From Basidiobolus meristosporus CBS 931.73 (lineage: Eukaryota; Fungi; Basidiobolomycota): a DNA stretch of 64,000 nt. Shown in pieces: positions 27,618-40,967 of this stretch (positions are counted from its first letter, which is position 1; each line of letters begins with the position of its first letter). The translations under genes were made by a program, and so were the position numbers. Location: NCBI GenBank assembly GCA_002104905.1, contig MCFE01000100.1, forward strand, positions 108,447 through 172,446, read 5' to 3'. The notes under the pieces are model-generated. The model was not told the DNA's origin, did no database searches, and saw only the letters and a list, made by a program, of their open reading frames with translations.

Positions 27618-28114
27618 ATACTTGAAAAAGACAGCCTGACATATCACTCACACCCGATATTTTCGAGACCAAAATCCCTGCTTAGGAAACGCCACTTTAC
27701 TATTTTTCTTCTACCCAAATGATTTACCTTTCCAACATCTTTTTTTATATCCATTAAAAGTCAACTTGTTTCTACACTCGTAAAATCCCACTGTAATCCC
27801 TCGGTTTTTCTTCGGAAATATAATGTATAAGAATCGGTCTAGCCCACATTTTTTGGTTTCCTCCATTACAGCGCATTCTCCAGCGAAGATGGTATCACGA
27901 GCATTGGGGTAGAGAAGTATTGAAATCGATTTATTGCTGGTGACAAAATGGGTGGTGTCTTTTGTATTATGGTTGCTCAAGCTTTGTGTTTCTACATTAT
28001 GCTCCGATGAAGCGCAAGGCTGTATGGCTGTATTAGTGGTATGATGTTGATAGGTGGTGGATGGTGGTCGAAAAGGTGTGGACGTGAGTACGGAAGAAAT
28101 GATGTGTATTCGAC

Positions 28115-30100
28115 TTAGTCAATAAGCTGTCTGAAGCGATCCTCCATTTCTCTGTTCAGTTGGCCAAAACGCTCGATCAAAACCTCTTCTCCATCAGCGG
28201 GGTCTTCAAACTTCATGGAGCTGAGTTTATACAAGATGTCCGACATGTTGTCCCGGATCTTAGCCCAGGTGATCTGGTTGTTGGTAACCTCAACGGCATG
28301 AGTAGCGTGGTTGTAGAAACCAATCATGTTGCGGAGTAGCCAGACAGTCTTGTAGAATGGGCAATAGCGATCATAGGACGAATAGCCATTTTGCTGCAAG
28401 AAATCATCCTTGATGATTCTAGCTACCTCCAAGGTGATCTTATCGGTCTCGGCAAGGGCGGACTTGCCGACCAATTGAACGATTTCTGATAGATCCTCCT
28501 CCAACTGAAGGATTTCCTTACACTTGGTTCTCAAATCAACGAACTCGGGATCGGCCTTTTCGTAGAATGGCTCCAAGGATTTGAGGTACTTGGAGTATGA
28601 GAGAGACCAGTTGACGGATGGGAAATGCTTACGTTGGGCTAGCTTCTTGTCAAGGCCCCAGAATACCTGGACGATGCCCAGGGTGGAAGCAGTGACTGGG
28701 TCGGAGAAATCACCACCAGGGGGAGAGACTGCTCCGACAACAGACACAGATCCCTCACGTCGGGGATTACCGAGACAGACGGTTTTGCCGGCACGCTCAT
28801 AAAATGATGCCAGACGAGCACCAAGGTAAGCAGGATAGCCGGAATCGGCAGGCATCTCAGCTAAACGTCCAGAAATCTCACGAAGTGCCTCTGCCCAACG
28901 GGAGGTGGAATCAGCCATCATAGCAACATTCTTACCCTGATCACGGAAGTACTCGGAAAGAGTAATGCCGGTGTAAATGGATGCCTCACGAGCAGCGACT
29001 GGCATGTTGGAGGTGTTGGCAACGAGGGTAGTTCTCTTCATGATCGATTCTTGTCTGCCATCAATGTTGACTGAGAGCTGAGGGAAATCCATCAGCACCT
29101 CAGCCATCTCATTGCCACGTTCACCACAACCCACGTAGATAATGACGTCGGAGTTCGAGTATTTGGACAGTGACTGGGAAATGACAGTTTTGCCACATCC
29201 GAAGGCTCCGGGAATAGCAGTGGTCCCTCCTTGAACACATGGGAAGAGAGCATCGAGAACTCTTTGGCCAGTAAGCAATGGATAGTCGGCGGCAAGCTTT
29301 TCTGCAACAGGACGAGGGGTACGGACTGGCCAGAGTTGCTTCATGGAATACTTTGTAACAACACCATCGAATTCGGCCTCGAGAACGGTGTCTTCGATTG
29401 TGTATTGACCCTTTGGAGCTATGTATGTAATGGTACCGGCAGACTTGGGTGGTAGCATGATCCCGTGACTATTAACGAGCGAATTTTCGAAGACTGTTCC
29501 GTATATATCACCGCCGGTGATGTGATCACCAACTTGGAAATTAGTTGGAGTAAAGTCCCATAGGAGTTGGTTATCCAAAGCAGGCGTAGCGATGCCGCGG
29601 GGAATGTAAATGGAATCTGACGCTTCTTGGATATCCTTCAGCGGGCGTTGGATACCATCGAAAATATTGGAGCAAAGGCCAGGTCCTAGCTCTACCGAAA
29701 GAGGTTTCCCAGTCTTCAAAACTGGATCTCCTACGGTAAGACCCGATGTTTCTTCGTAGACTTGGATGGTGGCTTTATCCCCGTCGATTCTAATGACTTC
29801 ACCAACCAGTTCTTCGTGGCCAACACGGACCAGCTCGTACATAGCTGAACCAGTCATTTTTTCGGCGATAACGACTGAATAGTGATACCGTCAGCGAACT
29901 GGGATAGAACTAGAAGCATCCTTCAATACTTACCAGGCCCCGAGACGGAATAAATGTAGCCATATTCACTTTCGCAGGCGTCGGAGATTTTGGGTAATTC
30001 CCTCATAGCGTTTTCAAGAGCACCAGCCTACAACGAAGGAGAAACGTTGGTGAGCGTCGACTTGCAAAGGGTTTAGGGGTTCAAAAGGATAACATACCAT
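28115..30100 (-). CDS. VMA1: V-ATPase catalytic subunit A (no intein)
   Basis: [27 protein letters not shown] motifs. ATG-only first exon at 30098..30100 and two introns. Confidence 0.98.
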
Positions 30101-31376
30101 TTTAGTGTTAGGTGAGGACAGAAAAGGTGAAGGAGGGAGCTTGTAGAGAAAGAATTATGATGGAGAAACGGCGTGGTGACTAGCTTTAATATTAACTGGC
30201 CGAAGAGGTCAACCCTCTCCATAGCTCGAGAATTCCGGGCAGACAGGGACCCAAATGAGGATCTGGGCCACAAATTGGCATATACTCTCACCTTAAACTT
30301 TGACCATCGGCAATTTAGATAATTTAATTTTAATTAGTTCGCCACTCGAGCCAATCCTCGGTTCGTTTCATTGCAAAACCAGGGCATTAATCCAATTTTG
30401 CTGGATTGCGTTAAATGCGTTCAAATCGACCACCCAGCCACTCTTGTTTCCAAACGGAGTATGAGGCCAATCATCACACTTGTAAGACTTGGGCAATGTA
30501 TATTATTATAGGCAGGTGGACAAAACAGGTTCTCCAATAAATACATAAATATCCATTTATATGCTCTGTAAATCTATACAAATATAGGTTGATCAGAGCA
30601 AGGACGTTCTTCGTGGTGTGAATCTTGGAAGCTTGAGCCATTTTTGCGCAACCCTCCACCAGTTTTCTGATAATCAGAACGTATGCTAAAGAATCTCATT
30701 CGAATAGGGAAGGGTATGGCCAAGCCACATATAAAGAGTGAACAATCCGGACGGCTCTACGTTGCCGTGAGAGCAAGGCGTTCATTTAATAGGTGATTTA
30801 ATCTCGATGGCTTTATATTGCTGTACATCTCTATGTTGTTGGTTATATGATATAGTGGAGGATATGGTGCGGATGTTGATTAAACATGCTCAATATTGGC
30901 AGGGTCACATAAGGATATCTTGGAACTTCACCCAATGTAAGCTGGAGCCTTCGACACTTTGAAAAGTCAGAAAGTCCATCTTGGAGGGAGCAACAGGCTC
31001 GAAAGAACCAACAAGGCCAGTCTTGGGTTCTACCAGCGATATGGTAACGTGGATCAAAAGAAGACCAAGGAGTATAGAGAAGTAGATTAGGACGCGGGTT
31101 ATATTGGCTGAAAATTTGGTAGTGGCCATGTTACGTGAGAGGTTAGTGAGTAATGATTGATGTGGAGCCATCCATTTAAATGGACTCGTTGACAATCACG
31201 CATCCTCCTTCACATCTATGCAACAATCGGCCTTTATGCTCATTCTTCATAATCAAATCTCCTTGAGGACAATTGGTCCATTGGTTTTGCTTGACGTACT
31301 TTATTGTGGAGGTGTAGTCAACAGAACAAAACCAAGTACTATATAATAATTAGCTAATATTTTGGCGGCAATTGGC

Positions 31377-32260
31377 TTACTGGAACCAGAGAAGGAGCAG
31401 GGCTAAGATAGATGTAGCCATCACTGGTGATGTCCGAGCACTGTTACTAAGACAGGCAGTACAGAATGCTAGAAGCTTGTTAGTTTAGGCCTGGCAAAAT
31501 GTTCCAAAGTATGCAATACTTACGGTCACCACCGCCGCGGCGGTACAAACCAAACGGCATTCTAAAGATTGCTAACCGACCGGCTTCCGGAACTGCCTTC
31601 AAGCCTCTCTCATCATAGATTTGAAGTATATAGTCCTTGTCCTCGGTCAAGGGGGCTAAAGTTTGGTTCCAGGTGCTGGTTTTCCAGATGTACTCTTTAG
31701 AACTTCCGGAGATGTTAAACGCAATCGGATATTCCAGGTTTCTTGAGATTCTGGCCGCCAGCAAGTATAGCTCCTTTGGTGGTATCCTCAGGTTTTTGTC
31801 AAATTCCCATTTGAAATGAATATCGTCTCCTATCGCGAACCTAGGAAAGACGGTTGCGGGATTGGATGGATTCACCATAGTGATCCGCCCAGGCGGGTCT
31901 CTAGGGTCCATGATTATAGTACTATTGCCCTTTTCACCACCTGCTAGCGTTCCGTTTCCTGGTGCGCCTCCTACTATTGGGCCGGTGCTGGTGCTATTAC
32001 CTGGGATATTTCCAGATGCTGGTAGATTAGGACCTCCGCCGATTGGCAGTTCTGGCGCGATTGGACTCGCCAATGGTCCAGGGGGAGATGATATCTGTGG
32101 AGGGGTGTCTGACGTTGGACTTGGTGGCTGCACTAGAAACGATATTAGCATTTGTTTTCCTAAACATGCCAGTTTCAATGTACCCACCGCCTTGTGAGAG
32201 TATAGGAGAGGCCAAAATTAGCACCGTCAATGCCAAGCTTACTTTGGTAGCCCAAACCAT
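31377..32260 (-). CDS. Predicted secreted/GPI-type surface protein: signal peptide, Pro/Gly linker, beta-sandwich, CxxC and hydrophobic tail
   Basis: Signal peptide MVWATKVSLALTVLILASPILS. The domain FAIGDDIHFKWEF...YIWKT...YILQIYD..G.....AGRL and the spliced end PFCTACLS...ILALLLLWFQ* resemble a conserved uncharacterised fungal family. Two GT-AG introns. Confidence 0.75.
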
Positions 32261-32513
32261 AATTAGTCACGTATTAAGAAATCCCGTGAAGCAAAAATTC
32301 AATAAACAGGAACAGCATGGCGACCGTCAATTTTATATCGTTGCTGGCTACAAGTGGGGATGTTTCATGTAAGATATAATGTGGAAGAGAGACATCACGA
32401 CTACATTACTTCTCTTTGTACAAGATCATATCTTCCTTCAAGTCATTACTATGTAGGAACCCATGCATCGGATAAAATTGGATGGTATTGACGCACTAAT
32501 CCTTGGTGCATTG

Positions 32514-32563
32514 CTTAGCATACATTCTCCTTACCATTCTTAGCATACATTCTCCTTACCATT
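32514..32563 (+). repeat. Perfect 25-bp tandem duplication CTTAGCATACATTCTCCTTACCATT x2
   Basis: Seen directly in intergenic DNA. Confidence 0.9.
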
Positions 32564-33029
32564 CTACGCCTGAACACTCGATACTTATTGGCATTCCCCT
32601 ACAGCTGATCGCTATAGTGTATGTCAAGCTAGTCACAATATGATTAGTTGGCTCGAAAACGCGATAAATTATGCCAATTCCACCAACACCATGATTCTCC
32701 TGGTTTTTGATAATAAACTTCGATTTTACCCCAGGCAATTCCAGTGACCCCATAAGGAGGGGAATCACCGAAGGATATTGAATTTATTATACTGCTTGAA
32801 ATATAAAATAATTTTAAATCTATCGAACTGGACACAGGATAGAGAATTGTTCAGCTACCTTAGTATACAACCATCATAGGTCCTTTATTTTCCCTCCTGT
32901 TAGAGGTACTCGTAAGATATCGCTGACTTAAAGGTGACTATTTTTTTCTTTTCTATCGCTGTAGCATTGGCTACCCTCCATTCGGCTCTTGGAGAGTTTG
33001 ATTGCTGACCCTTGCAATTTGATAGAAAA

Positions 33030-33479
33030 ATGAGCATCGTAGGAACTCCCGAACACACAATCCGTGTAGCACGTCTCTACAAGCGCTGCTTAAAACTCTC
33101 CCTGGATTGGACTATCCGTAGAGATGTGTGGCGTGTTCAAGCCTTGGAAATTCGTCGTTTGTTCGATGCCAATCGCAATGTAACCAACCCCAAACTTGTT
33201 GCCTCCCTCATTGACAAAACCGAGAAAGATTTGGAGAGAAACTGGCATCCTGATCCTTATAAGGGTTAGTAGAAGCACCTAATAGTATTTCCTGAGTATG
33301 GAATCTCCTAACGCCCTTCCTTTCCAGCACCTACCTCTCCCGAAGGTACTAAATGGGAGAGACATGGATTGCCCGATCCTGAGGTAAGGACAAGAGTTCA
33401 TTGACTCCAACATCACCACCTCGCTGACCTGCTTCGATAGGACCCACGTCACTTCTGGAAGACTGAAAGCACACACTAA
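33030..33479 (+). CDS. NDUFB9: Complex I subunit B22/NDUFB9 (LYR family)
   Basis: RLYKRCLKLSLDW, IRRLFDANRN, HPDPY, PEGTKWER motifs; two introns. Confidence 0.9.
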
Positions 33480-33783
33480 AACTCTTGAGAGTTTCACCTA
33501 TTATCATAGTATCATTGAAAATCACCCATTTTTCTTTCAACATGAATTGGCCCATACCGATATAAAGTATAAATTAAAGAAAGATCGCCTCTTATTTACT
33601 CATGCTTCTTTCTATTGTATTTCTAGCCGGGGGTCGAGTGCGCAGTGTGTGGAAATTTTATTCGGGTTATATGCCGGTAATGATGGGCAATTTTTTGGAA
33701 GTATATAGTTGATGAACCATAGACAGATGCGATAGTGAAGATGCAAGAGGTTTCCTCTATGATGATCGGGCGGCTCCGGTACG

Positions 33784-35489
33784 TTAAGCTTGAGAGGTGG
33801 ATTTTTTGTCAGCATCAGTGGAGCGCCCCTGGCTCTTTAAGCCGGCGAACTCTTCGATGAGCTCCCGTTGGCGTGGCGTGATGTTTCTGCAAGAGAGTTA
33901 GCTTAAAAGAGGCCGACATGACAATTATTCAACCACATTACGTACCTAGGAATTTCTACCTTGAGCTTGACATATTGATCACCGTGTGCATTTCTGTTTA
34001 ACTGCTTGATGCCTCTGTTTCTGAGGACACTGACATCCTCCGGCTGAGTGCCGACTGGGATCTTGAGCTCCACCTCGCCGTCCAAGGTGGGAACGTGAAT
34101 ACTGCCACCAAGAATGGCGGTATGCAATGGAACCTTGGCATCAACAAAAACGTTGGCACCCTCTCGACGGAATATATTCGAGGGTCTAACGCGAAGCCTG
34201 ACGTATAAGTCCCCAGCAGTTCCCTTTCCAACCACCGGCATATCGCCTTCATTCGACAAACGAATCTTGACCCCTTCGTCAACACCAGCCGGGATGTTCA
34301 CACTAACAGTCTTGGGCTTTTTGACTCTACCAACGCCGTTACATGTAGGACATTGGCTACTATGCGGGATGTACTTTCCAGTGCCAGCGCAAGAGTTACA
34401 GGTGCTTGCTATCATCCCAATACCAATGGAATAGGAAGTCTGTCCAGTTCCGCCACATACTTTGCAAGTTTCTTTCTTTTTACCACTCTTTAACCCCTCT
34501 CCATGGCAAGGCTCACAGACACTAACCGGGGATACAGTAATCCGCTTCGTTGTACCCTTAACTGCCTCCAGGAAGTCAATAGCCAGGTTCACCTGAATAT
34601 CGTCACCAACTGTAAACTGGCTAGCTGGATTGCTTCTTCTGCCAAATCCGCCACCGAACATTTGACTAAATATGTCATCGGCATTAAACCCGTGGAAGTC
34701 ACCCCCCGGAAAGCCCCCAGCACCTGGTGGTGCATTGCCGTCAAATCCAGCATGTCCGAACTGATCGTAGGCCGCACGCTTTTGTTCATCCGACAAGATC
34801 TTGAAGTATCGAAATGTACCAAATAAGCAAATCGAATCTGGGGCATAAGCTTGCAAGCAACCTTACCTCGTAAGCTTCCTGAATCTTCACGAATTTCTCC
34901 TGTGCTGCTTTATCTTTGTTTGTGTCTGGGTGGTATTTTTTGGCCAGCTTTAGACAGAATATTAGTGAACCTGAACACAGCTATGGTTAATTCTTCTGTC
35001 AGTTACCTTGTAATACGACTTTTTGATATCTGATTGCGAGGCATTTCGAGCTACACCAAGGAGTTCGTATGCATCTTCCTTCTTTTCTTGTGTAGAGGCT
35101 GAGTCGAACGAAGATCAGTACGAGTAAATGCAGTTTTAGGAACACAAATGGTATTACCAGTGCTATGGAAATGGCTCTAGGGAAGTATTAGATCAAGTTG
35201 ACGATTGTTGCATGGAACTCTTATCTAGCCCTACCTTTTGAGTCGTCACGCTTGGAATTAAGCCCAAAACTCGAGTGGCATCTATTCAGGCAGATAATAA
35301 CGTAAGACAATGGAAGACAGTCACTTGGATAGTGCTTTGGTGCTGAAAGGAGTACTAACCTCGATAATTGGGGCTGATAAACGCGCGTCTGTGGAGATGA
35401 ATGCTTGACGAAATGGTCGAGAAATTTCTACCCGACAACTTTGAATATACTCTAGAAGCAATCTGAGCGGGGGTTGAGAAAGAGGGCAT
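33784..35489 (-). CDS. MDJ1: Mitochondrial type-I DnaJ chaperone
   Basis: Presequence MPSFSTPAQIASRVYSKLSGR, J-domain (DAYELLGV), G/F region, four CxxCxGxG repeats and C-terminal domain; several introns. Confidence 0.93.
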
Positions 35490-35918
35490 TTTGGACTGCT
35501 TATACTCTGCAGAAGTAGTAACTCGATTGAAGTAAACCGTTGAGAAGCACTATATTACTGTCGCTTTTGTCCGTCCTGCTTGGGGAGCCAATTTAAACCT
35601 GACGATATCAAATTTGTCCCCGATGAATATCCCCGATGAATTTGGCCATCTTTCCACGATTTTCGAAATTTTTCCGTCCCCGAGGCTTCACATCGGCTAG
35701 ATATCTTATATCTCGAAACCGCCATGAATGTTAAATGCCACAACCAGCTACCATTGGTACATCAAAAAGCGAACCATGAATACCGCAATTTCTAATTTGT
35801 GATTAGGCTGAGGATCCATCGAATTTATGAAAATTTTCTTCGATCAAGTCAAAATGCTCTCCGGTTAACAGCATGTTGATGTAGAAGCCGTCTCCCAGTT
35901 GTACCTTATAACTTTAAT

Positions 35919-38039
35919 ATGAATAGAATTTCTAGCCTCAGTCGGGGTCTTAGAAGACTCCGGATACAGCCAGTTTCGCAATATAGCCAAAGAATAGCTC
36001 CTACAAGTTACAGATACTTCTCTAGCATTCCCAGCGACTCCAATTTGACTTCCAACAACGAGCCAAGCAAGGCTGTCGAGTTGGAAAAGGAAACCACTCA
36101 TTCAGTGAACACGGACGTTTCCTCAGAAATCTACAAGCCTGCTGTGACAAGCGAGTACGTTCCCAAATGGCCAAAGTTTCGGGATATGTCTCCTGAAAAA
36201 GCATACGAAACCTTCTTGACCACAATCAAAGGCTCCTCCGATCAGCCGACCATCAGAGAATTCAACGGCTTGCTAAATGCTCTGAAGAAGCAAAAGAATC
36301 TGCTTGGGGTGAATCGCATGCAAGAGGTATATAGATACATGGGCAGTTTGGAGTATGTGGAACCAGACGTCGCAACGTACAACACGATGATCCACGCATT
36401 TGGCGAGATCCAGGATGTCAAATCGGCCTTGTCCTATTTCCAGAAAATGAAAGAGGCAAACATCCAACCCTCTTCTGTCACCTACAATACACTCATCAGC
36501 ATATTCACATTCAATAAGCAAACCAAAGCCATACCGCAGCTACTAGAGGAGATGAAGTTAGATGGCGTCAAGCCAGACATATTCACTTACAGCACGTTGA
36601 TCCACGCATACAGCTTCGATAGAGACTTGGATCGCGTACTCCAGGTGGAGAAAGATATGCAAGCCTCAGGCATCTACCCTGATGTGGTCATTTATAACGC
36701 GTTAATCAAGGCATGTGGCAATGTAAAGGCCCTTGACAAAGCTTTAGAGCTATTCCAGAAAATGAAGCAAGAGGGGTACACACCCGATCTTGCCACATTC
36801 AACTCGCTTCTCCGGGTATGTCGCAGATGCGAGAAGCGCAAGCTTGGCCAGTCATTACTTGATGAGATGCTGACAGCTAACATCGAGCCGAATCACACCA
36901 CACTTCACGAAGCCAACCTGGATCCACTGACGGCACTTGGCAAAATGAAGGCCGCTGGAATGGCTCCGTCTGGGCGTACGTACGAGACGTTCATCAACAC
37001 CGCAATCAAGAAGAATGACTTTGCTACTGCATACAAGATCCTTCGTCAAATGGCCGGTAGCGGCGTTGCACCTACTGTCTACAGTTATGCGGTTCTGATT
37101 GATGCCCTGGTGAAGAGTGGGGATGTAGCGGGGGCCGTTCAGTTGAGCAAAGACATGAGGGTAGCCGGCCTTCAGCCAGATGTCGTCATCTACACCACGC
37201 TAATTGACGGCATGGCGTCTCTGTCTGACACAAAGGGTACAATCGAGCTTTTCAAGAACATGGTCTCCTCCGGGGTGCAACCAAACGTATACACCTTCAA
37301 CAACCTGCTCAATGCCTGCGGCAAAAACTCTGATTGGAACCAGGCCGTGGAGCTGTTCGGCAGTATGAGTAAATATGGAGTCAGACCCGATGTCCGGACT
37401 TACAACTCGCTCTTCGCTACCTACAACGAAGATATCGACCCAGCTCACGTGTGGGCGATTTACAAGGAAATGAGTAACGAGCGGATAAAGCCCGATCGCC
37501 TTTCTTATGTCCTGCTGACCAAGATCTTTGTCACCTCGAAATACCCCAAGTACGCCATGAGGATTTACAACACCATGCAGGATTCCGGGCATCGCCCATC
37601 GCTGGACACCTTCAACAAGTTGATGGAGTTGAATCTGTCACATAACGACGACGCGGCCGTTTTCAGACTCTGGTCGGATATGAAAGCGCTCAAGGTGACC
37701 CCCGACATCACCACCATTGGCATTTTGTTGAAGTCGTGGGACAGAGAAGGGCACCTGAGCGCGGCCATCACTAATATGCATCTCCTTGTGAAGAACAGGT
37801 TCCATCTCACACCGAATCTCTGGATCACATACATCTCCGTCTTGACCAAACACGGGCTCTTCGAGGAGGTGGTCAAACTCTTGCCGCTGTTCCGTAAGAA
37901 TGAGATCTTCCCCAACCAGCGCGTACTCGAGGCAGTCAAGCGCTCCCTCGAGTTCAGTGGCAACACCCAGCTATTAGATGAGGCGTTGAGCCTGATAGAC
38001 AAGTACAAGTGGATAAGAGAATCAAAGCCCACCAAATAG
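35919..38039 (+). CDS. Mitochondrial pentatricopeptide-repeat protein
   Basis: Intronless 706-aa ORF, Arg/Ser-rich presequence, and more than 12 35-aa repeats of the type PD.vtYntlI.a..... Confidence 0.93.
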   Translation: MNRISSLSRGLRRLRIQPVSQYSQRIAPTSYRYFSSIPSDSNLTSNNEPSKAVELEKETTHSVNTDVSSEIYKPAVTSEYVPKWPKFRDMSPEKAYETFLTTIKGSSDQPTIREFNGLLNALKKQKNLLGVNRMQEVYRYMGSLEYVEPDVATYNTMIHAFGEIQDVKSALSYFQKMKEANIQPSSVTYNTLISIFTFNKQTKAIPQLLEEMKLDGVKPDIFTYSTLIHAYSFDRDLDRVLQVEKDMQASGIYPDVVIYNALIKACGNVKALDKALELFQKMKQEGYTPDLATFNSLLRVCRRCEKRKLGQSLLDEMLTANIEPNHTTLHEANLDPLTALGKMKAAGMAPSGRTYETFINTAIKKNDFATAYKILRQMAGSGVAPTVYSYAVLIDALVKSGDVAGAVQLSKDMRVAGLQPDVVIYTTLIDGMASLSDTKGTIELFKNMVSSGVQPNVYTFNNLLNACGKNSDWNQAVELFGSMSKYGVRPDVRTYNSLFATYNEDIDPAHVWAIYKEMSNERIKPDRLSYVLLTKIFVTSKYPKYAMRIYNTMQDSGHRPSLDTFNKLMELNLSHNDDAAVFRLWSDMKALKVTPDITTIGILLKSWDREGHLSAAITNMHLLVKNRFHLTPNLWITYISVLTKHGLFEEVVKLLPLFRKNEIFPNQRVLEAVKRSLEFSGNTQLLDEALSLIDKYKWIRESKPTK

Positions 38040-38163
38040 TATTCTTTCCATCGTTCACTAAGCAATATAAACAAACGACATCGTGCATCTCCAATGATTG
38101 TTTTCTATTATTTATTGGTTTGTATACATGCATACACCCATTGAGACCGCTAAGTACAACGAT

Positions 38164-38785
38164 TTAGTTTTCCTACAAAAGAAAATGCGGTTAATTACAG
38201 TGCTGTTGGGCTCACAAGAAACAGCTCACTTACGGGGATTTCGACTTCTCCGGCATCGATAGCATCGGTGAGGTCCTTGGGGTTTTGTCCATCAACAGTG
38301 CAGCCAACAGAGAAGCAGGTACCCAAGATTTCCTTGACGGTACCGCTCAACTCACGGGCCAAAGACTTGTAACGCATGGTTCTGGCAATCTCAATAACGT
38401 CATCCAAGGTGATGTTACCGCTGTGCTTGATGTTCTTCTCCTTCTTACGATCTCTGATGGGCTCCTTCAAAGCTCTGATGACAAGTGAGGAGGCACTGGG
38501 AACGACAGAAACAGCGGCTTGACGGTTTTGGATGGTCAATTGAACGGTGATACGAAGACCCTTCCACTCTTGGGTAGCCTTGGCAATATCTTCACCGACC
38601 TTCTTAGGAGAGAGACCAAGAGGACCGATCTTGGGAGCAAGAGCGGAGGAAGCACCAACTTCACCACCGGTAGCTCTAAGGTAGACTATAGATCAACATG
38701 AAGGTTAGAACGGGATCCACGAGACAACGGGTCATTGCATCTGCTTACTAATTTTAACTTCGTTGGGATCGGCCTTTGGTGGCAT
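38164..38785 (-). CDS. RPL12: 60S ribosomal protein uL11 (L12)
   Basis: [43 protein letters not shown]; two introns. Confidence 0.97.
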
Positions 38786-39163
38786 GTTGAATTACTCAAT
38801 GGATGAACCTACGTGAAAAGTGGATGGATCCAAAACCAAGGGGAAAGAAGGAGCCGGTCTTCGCTACTTTCACTTTTAAGAAAATCATCCACTTTCCTAC
38901 TTTTTCTTGCCTCTGGCCAATAAGAGGCCCCAGGAGTGGAAATTCTTTTTAACCCGCGAGGATTTGATTTGCCTTGGATTTAAGCAAGCCAGTGAGGAAA
39001 TTTGACTAACCTAAGCAGGTCAAAATTTTCATGGGTTGACAAGGGGCCTATTTACCAGTATGCATTTTTCGAAGATGGACGAAATTTTTTACATTTTAGT
39101 CGACGCGAAAATTTCTTATTGTACTTGGTCGGACCAAGTAGAACCATTTTAACTAGCAGCAGT

Positions 39164-40212
39164 ATGAACGCATTGACCCTTCTACGTGCCTCTCGTGCAA
39201 GCATCCCTCGTCTGGCCGCTTGTGCTTCTATCCACACTTCCTCTGTTCTTTTGTCTGCCAGCAAGGCGGCTCATACCAAGAGCATTTATGGCAAGGAAAT
39301 CAACTCCAATTCCCCTTCTCTGCAGGCATTCTCCGCCAGAATCGGGATGAATTTCTCTGAGCCCGACCTTATGCTACAGGTTGTCACCCACCAGTCATTC
39401 AACCGCAAGCTTCCAAGCAACGAGAAGCTCGAAATCCTCGGACAGAAGGCTTTGGAATTGTATGTCACCGAGTACTTGCACCTGAAGTATCCTCTGTTGC
39501 CAGTAGATAGTTTCCAAGTACTTTTAGAGCAATACACCGGACCTCAAACCTTGGCCTATATCGGCAACGAAATGGGTATCCATCACATTCTTAGGTGGAA
39601 GCCTTCGCTGGAAGAGAATGCCCAAGCCAGCACCAACGCCATGATGGCCAAGGCAGTCCGTGCCTTATTTGGTGCCATCTCTCACGATAAGGTAATTTCC
39701 ACGGCGAAGCGGCCAACGGTATCCCAGTCTCCCTATTTATACTTTGACGTTCTAGGGTCCTGCTGTTACAAGAAAGTTCGCTCATGCCTTCGTCCTCTCG
39801 AGAAGCGTCGATCTGGAGCTCGTGCTTCCTACACCTGAGCCCAAGAGAATGTTGACCGCCTTGATGAAGCGTCTCGGCAAAGAAAGACCCATCTCTAGGT
39901 AAGTGTGGGGCGAATCGGGGAAACCAGGCATCCCATCGACTAACCGCGACTTTCGTTCATAGAATCCTCAAAGAAACCGGTCGCCACTCCAACTCCCCAG
40001 TGTTCATTGTTGGAGTATTCTCCGGCATCGAAAAGATCGGAGAAGGATACGGCAGCTCCATCAAGATGGCCGAGCACAGAGCCGCCAAGGACGCACTTCA
40101 GAACCATTATTTGAAGGAGGTGAAAGACTTCGATCTACCAACTGACACTGAGATCAAGTCCGGAGTCACCTACAGGGCCAACAAACTTGGGGACACACCA
40201 GCAGTGTTGTAA
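39164..40212 (+). CDS. MRPL3: Mitoribosomal protein mL44 (RNase III-like plus dsRBD)
   Basis: [10 protein letters not shown] RNase-III-like signature lacking catalytic context, dsRBD ([23 protein letters not shown]), presequence, two introns. Confidence 0.88.
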
Positions 40213-40967
40213 AGCATCACAACTCCACCATTTTCTGGCATCATAAACCCTTCAAGCACATCCATTCGCTCTTTTCAGCAGCCTTCTTTATCGAACATGC
40301 CATCATATACATAAAGATTTCACCCCACTCACTTTATTGGGAAGTTTATCCTTAGAATCCGGAGCACATTTGGGCTGGTCAAAATAAAACTTCAAGTCAC
40401 TTTCCAAATCGGATGTTCCGTTGTTTCGTATGGCTTGCTCCGGATGCGTGTCTTGTCGATAGCCATATATGTGCAGGGAGTGTGATGTAGGGATGACTCA
40501 AACCAGATGTTTCATAGAATACCCGTTACTCTACAGCATGCTGTCACGTTACCCTACCATATGCCATTGAATTCGACACGGAGGCCTAGCCTCACGATTT
40601 AAGGTTATCCTGCAATGTTCCCCCGAATCTTGGCATCTCATTGTTGTCCCCAATCATCGAATTGTGGGCTAGGCACAAGCAATTCATAGAATTTCCAGAC
40701 TGCAAATTGAGCAATTACTCCGCCTGCCAAATATGACCTATACAATACCATTCGTATCTTCCTTATTTGGCCAACTGAAGACACAAATCAATGAAATCCC
40801 AGCGCTGATCTAAACACATCAGGTGGGTCCGCCATATGCATCGGTGGAAAATCCAAAAAGAATCCTCCAACCGCAACGGATATAAAACCGCCGTCAGCTC
40901 CCCTGGGTCTCCTCACTTGCATTTATAAACCCTCAGTTAACACTACCGCTAACCACATAAACCATTG

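Noticed and set aside
27711-27980. 89-aa ORF between the convergent SCD6 and VMA1 genes
   Set aside because: No motif; probably a chance ORF in overlapping 3' regions.
28900-29250. Possible VDE-type intein in VMA1
   Set aside because: The sequence around GCGERGNEM is continuous and the protein length is normal.
30911-30918. ATATCCTT on the minus strand, a perfect U12 (AT-AC) donor
   Set aside because: No TCCTTAAC-like branch point or credible downstream exon, and no supported gene.
30905-31195. 96-aa ORF with one hydrophobic segment
   Set aside because: No recognisable family; it may be the 3' flank of the upstream gene.
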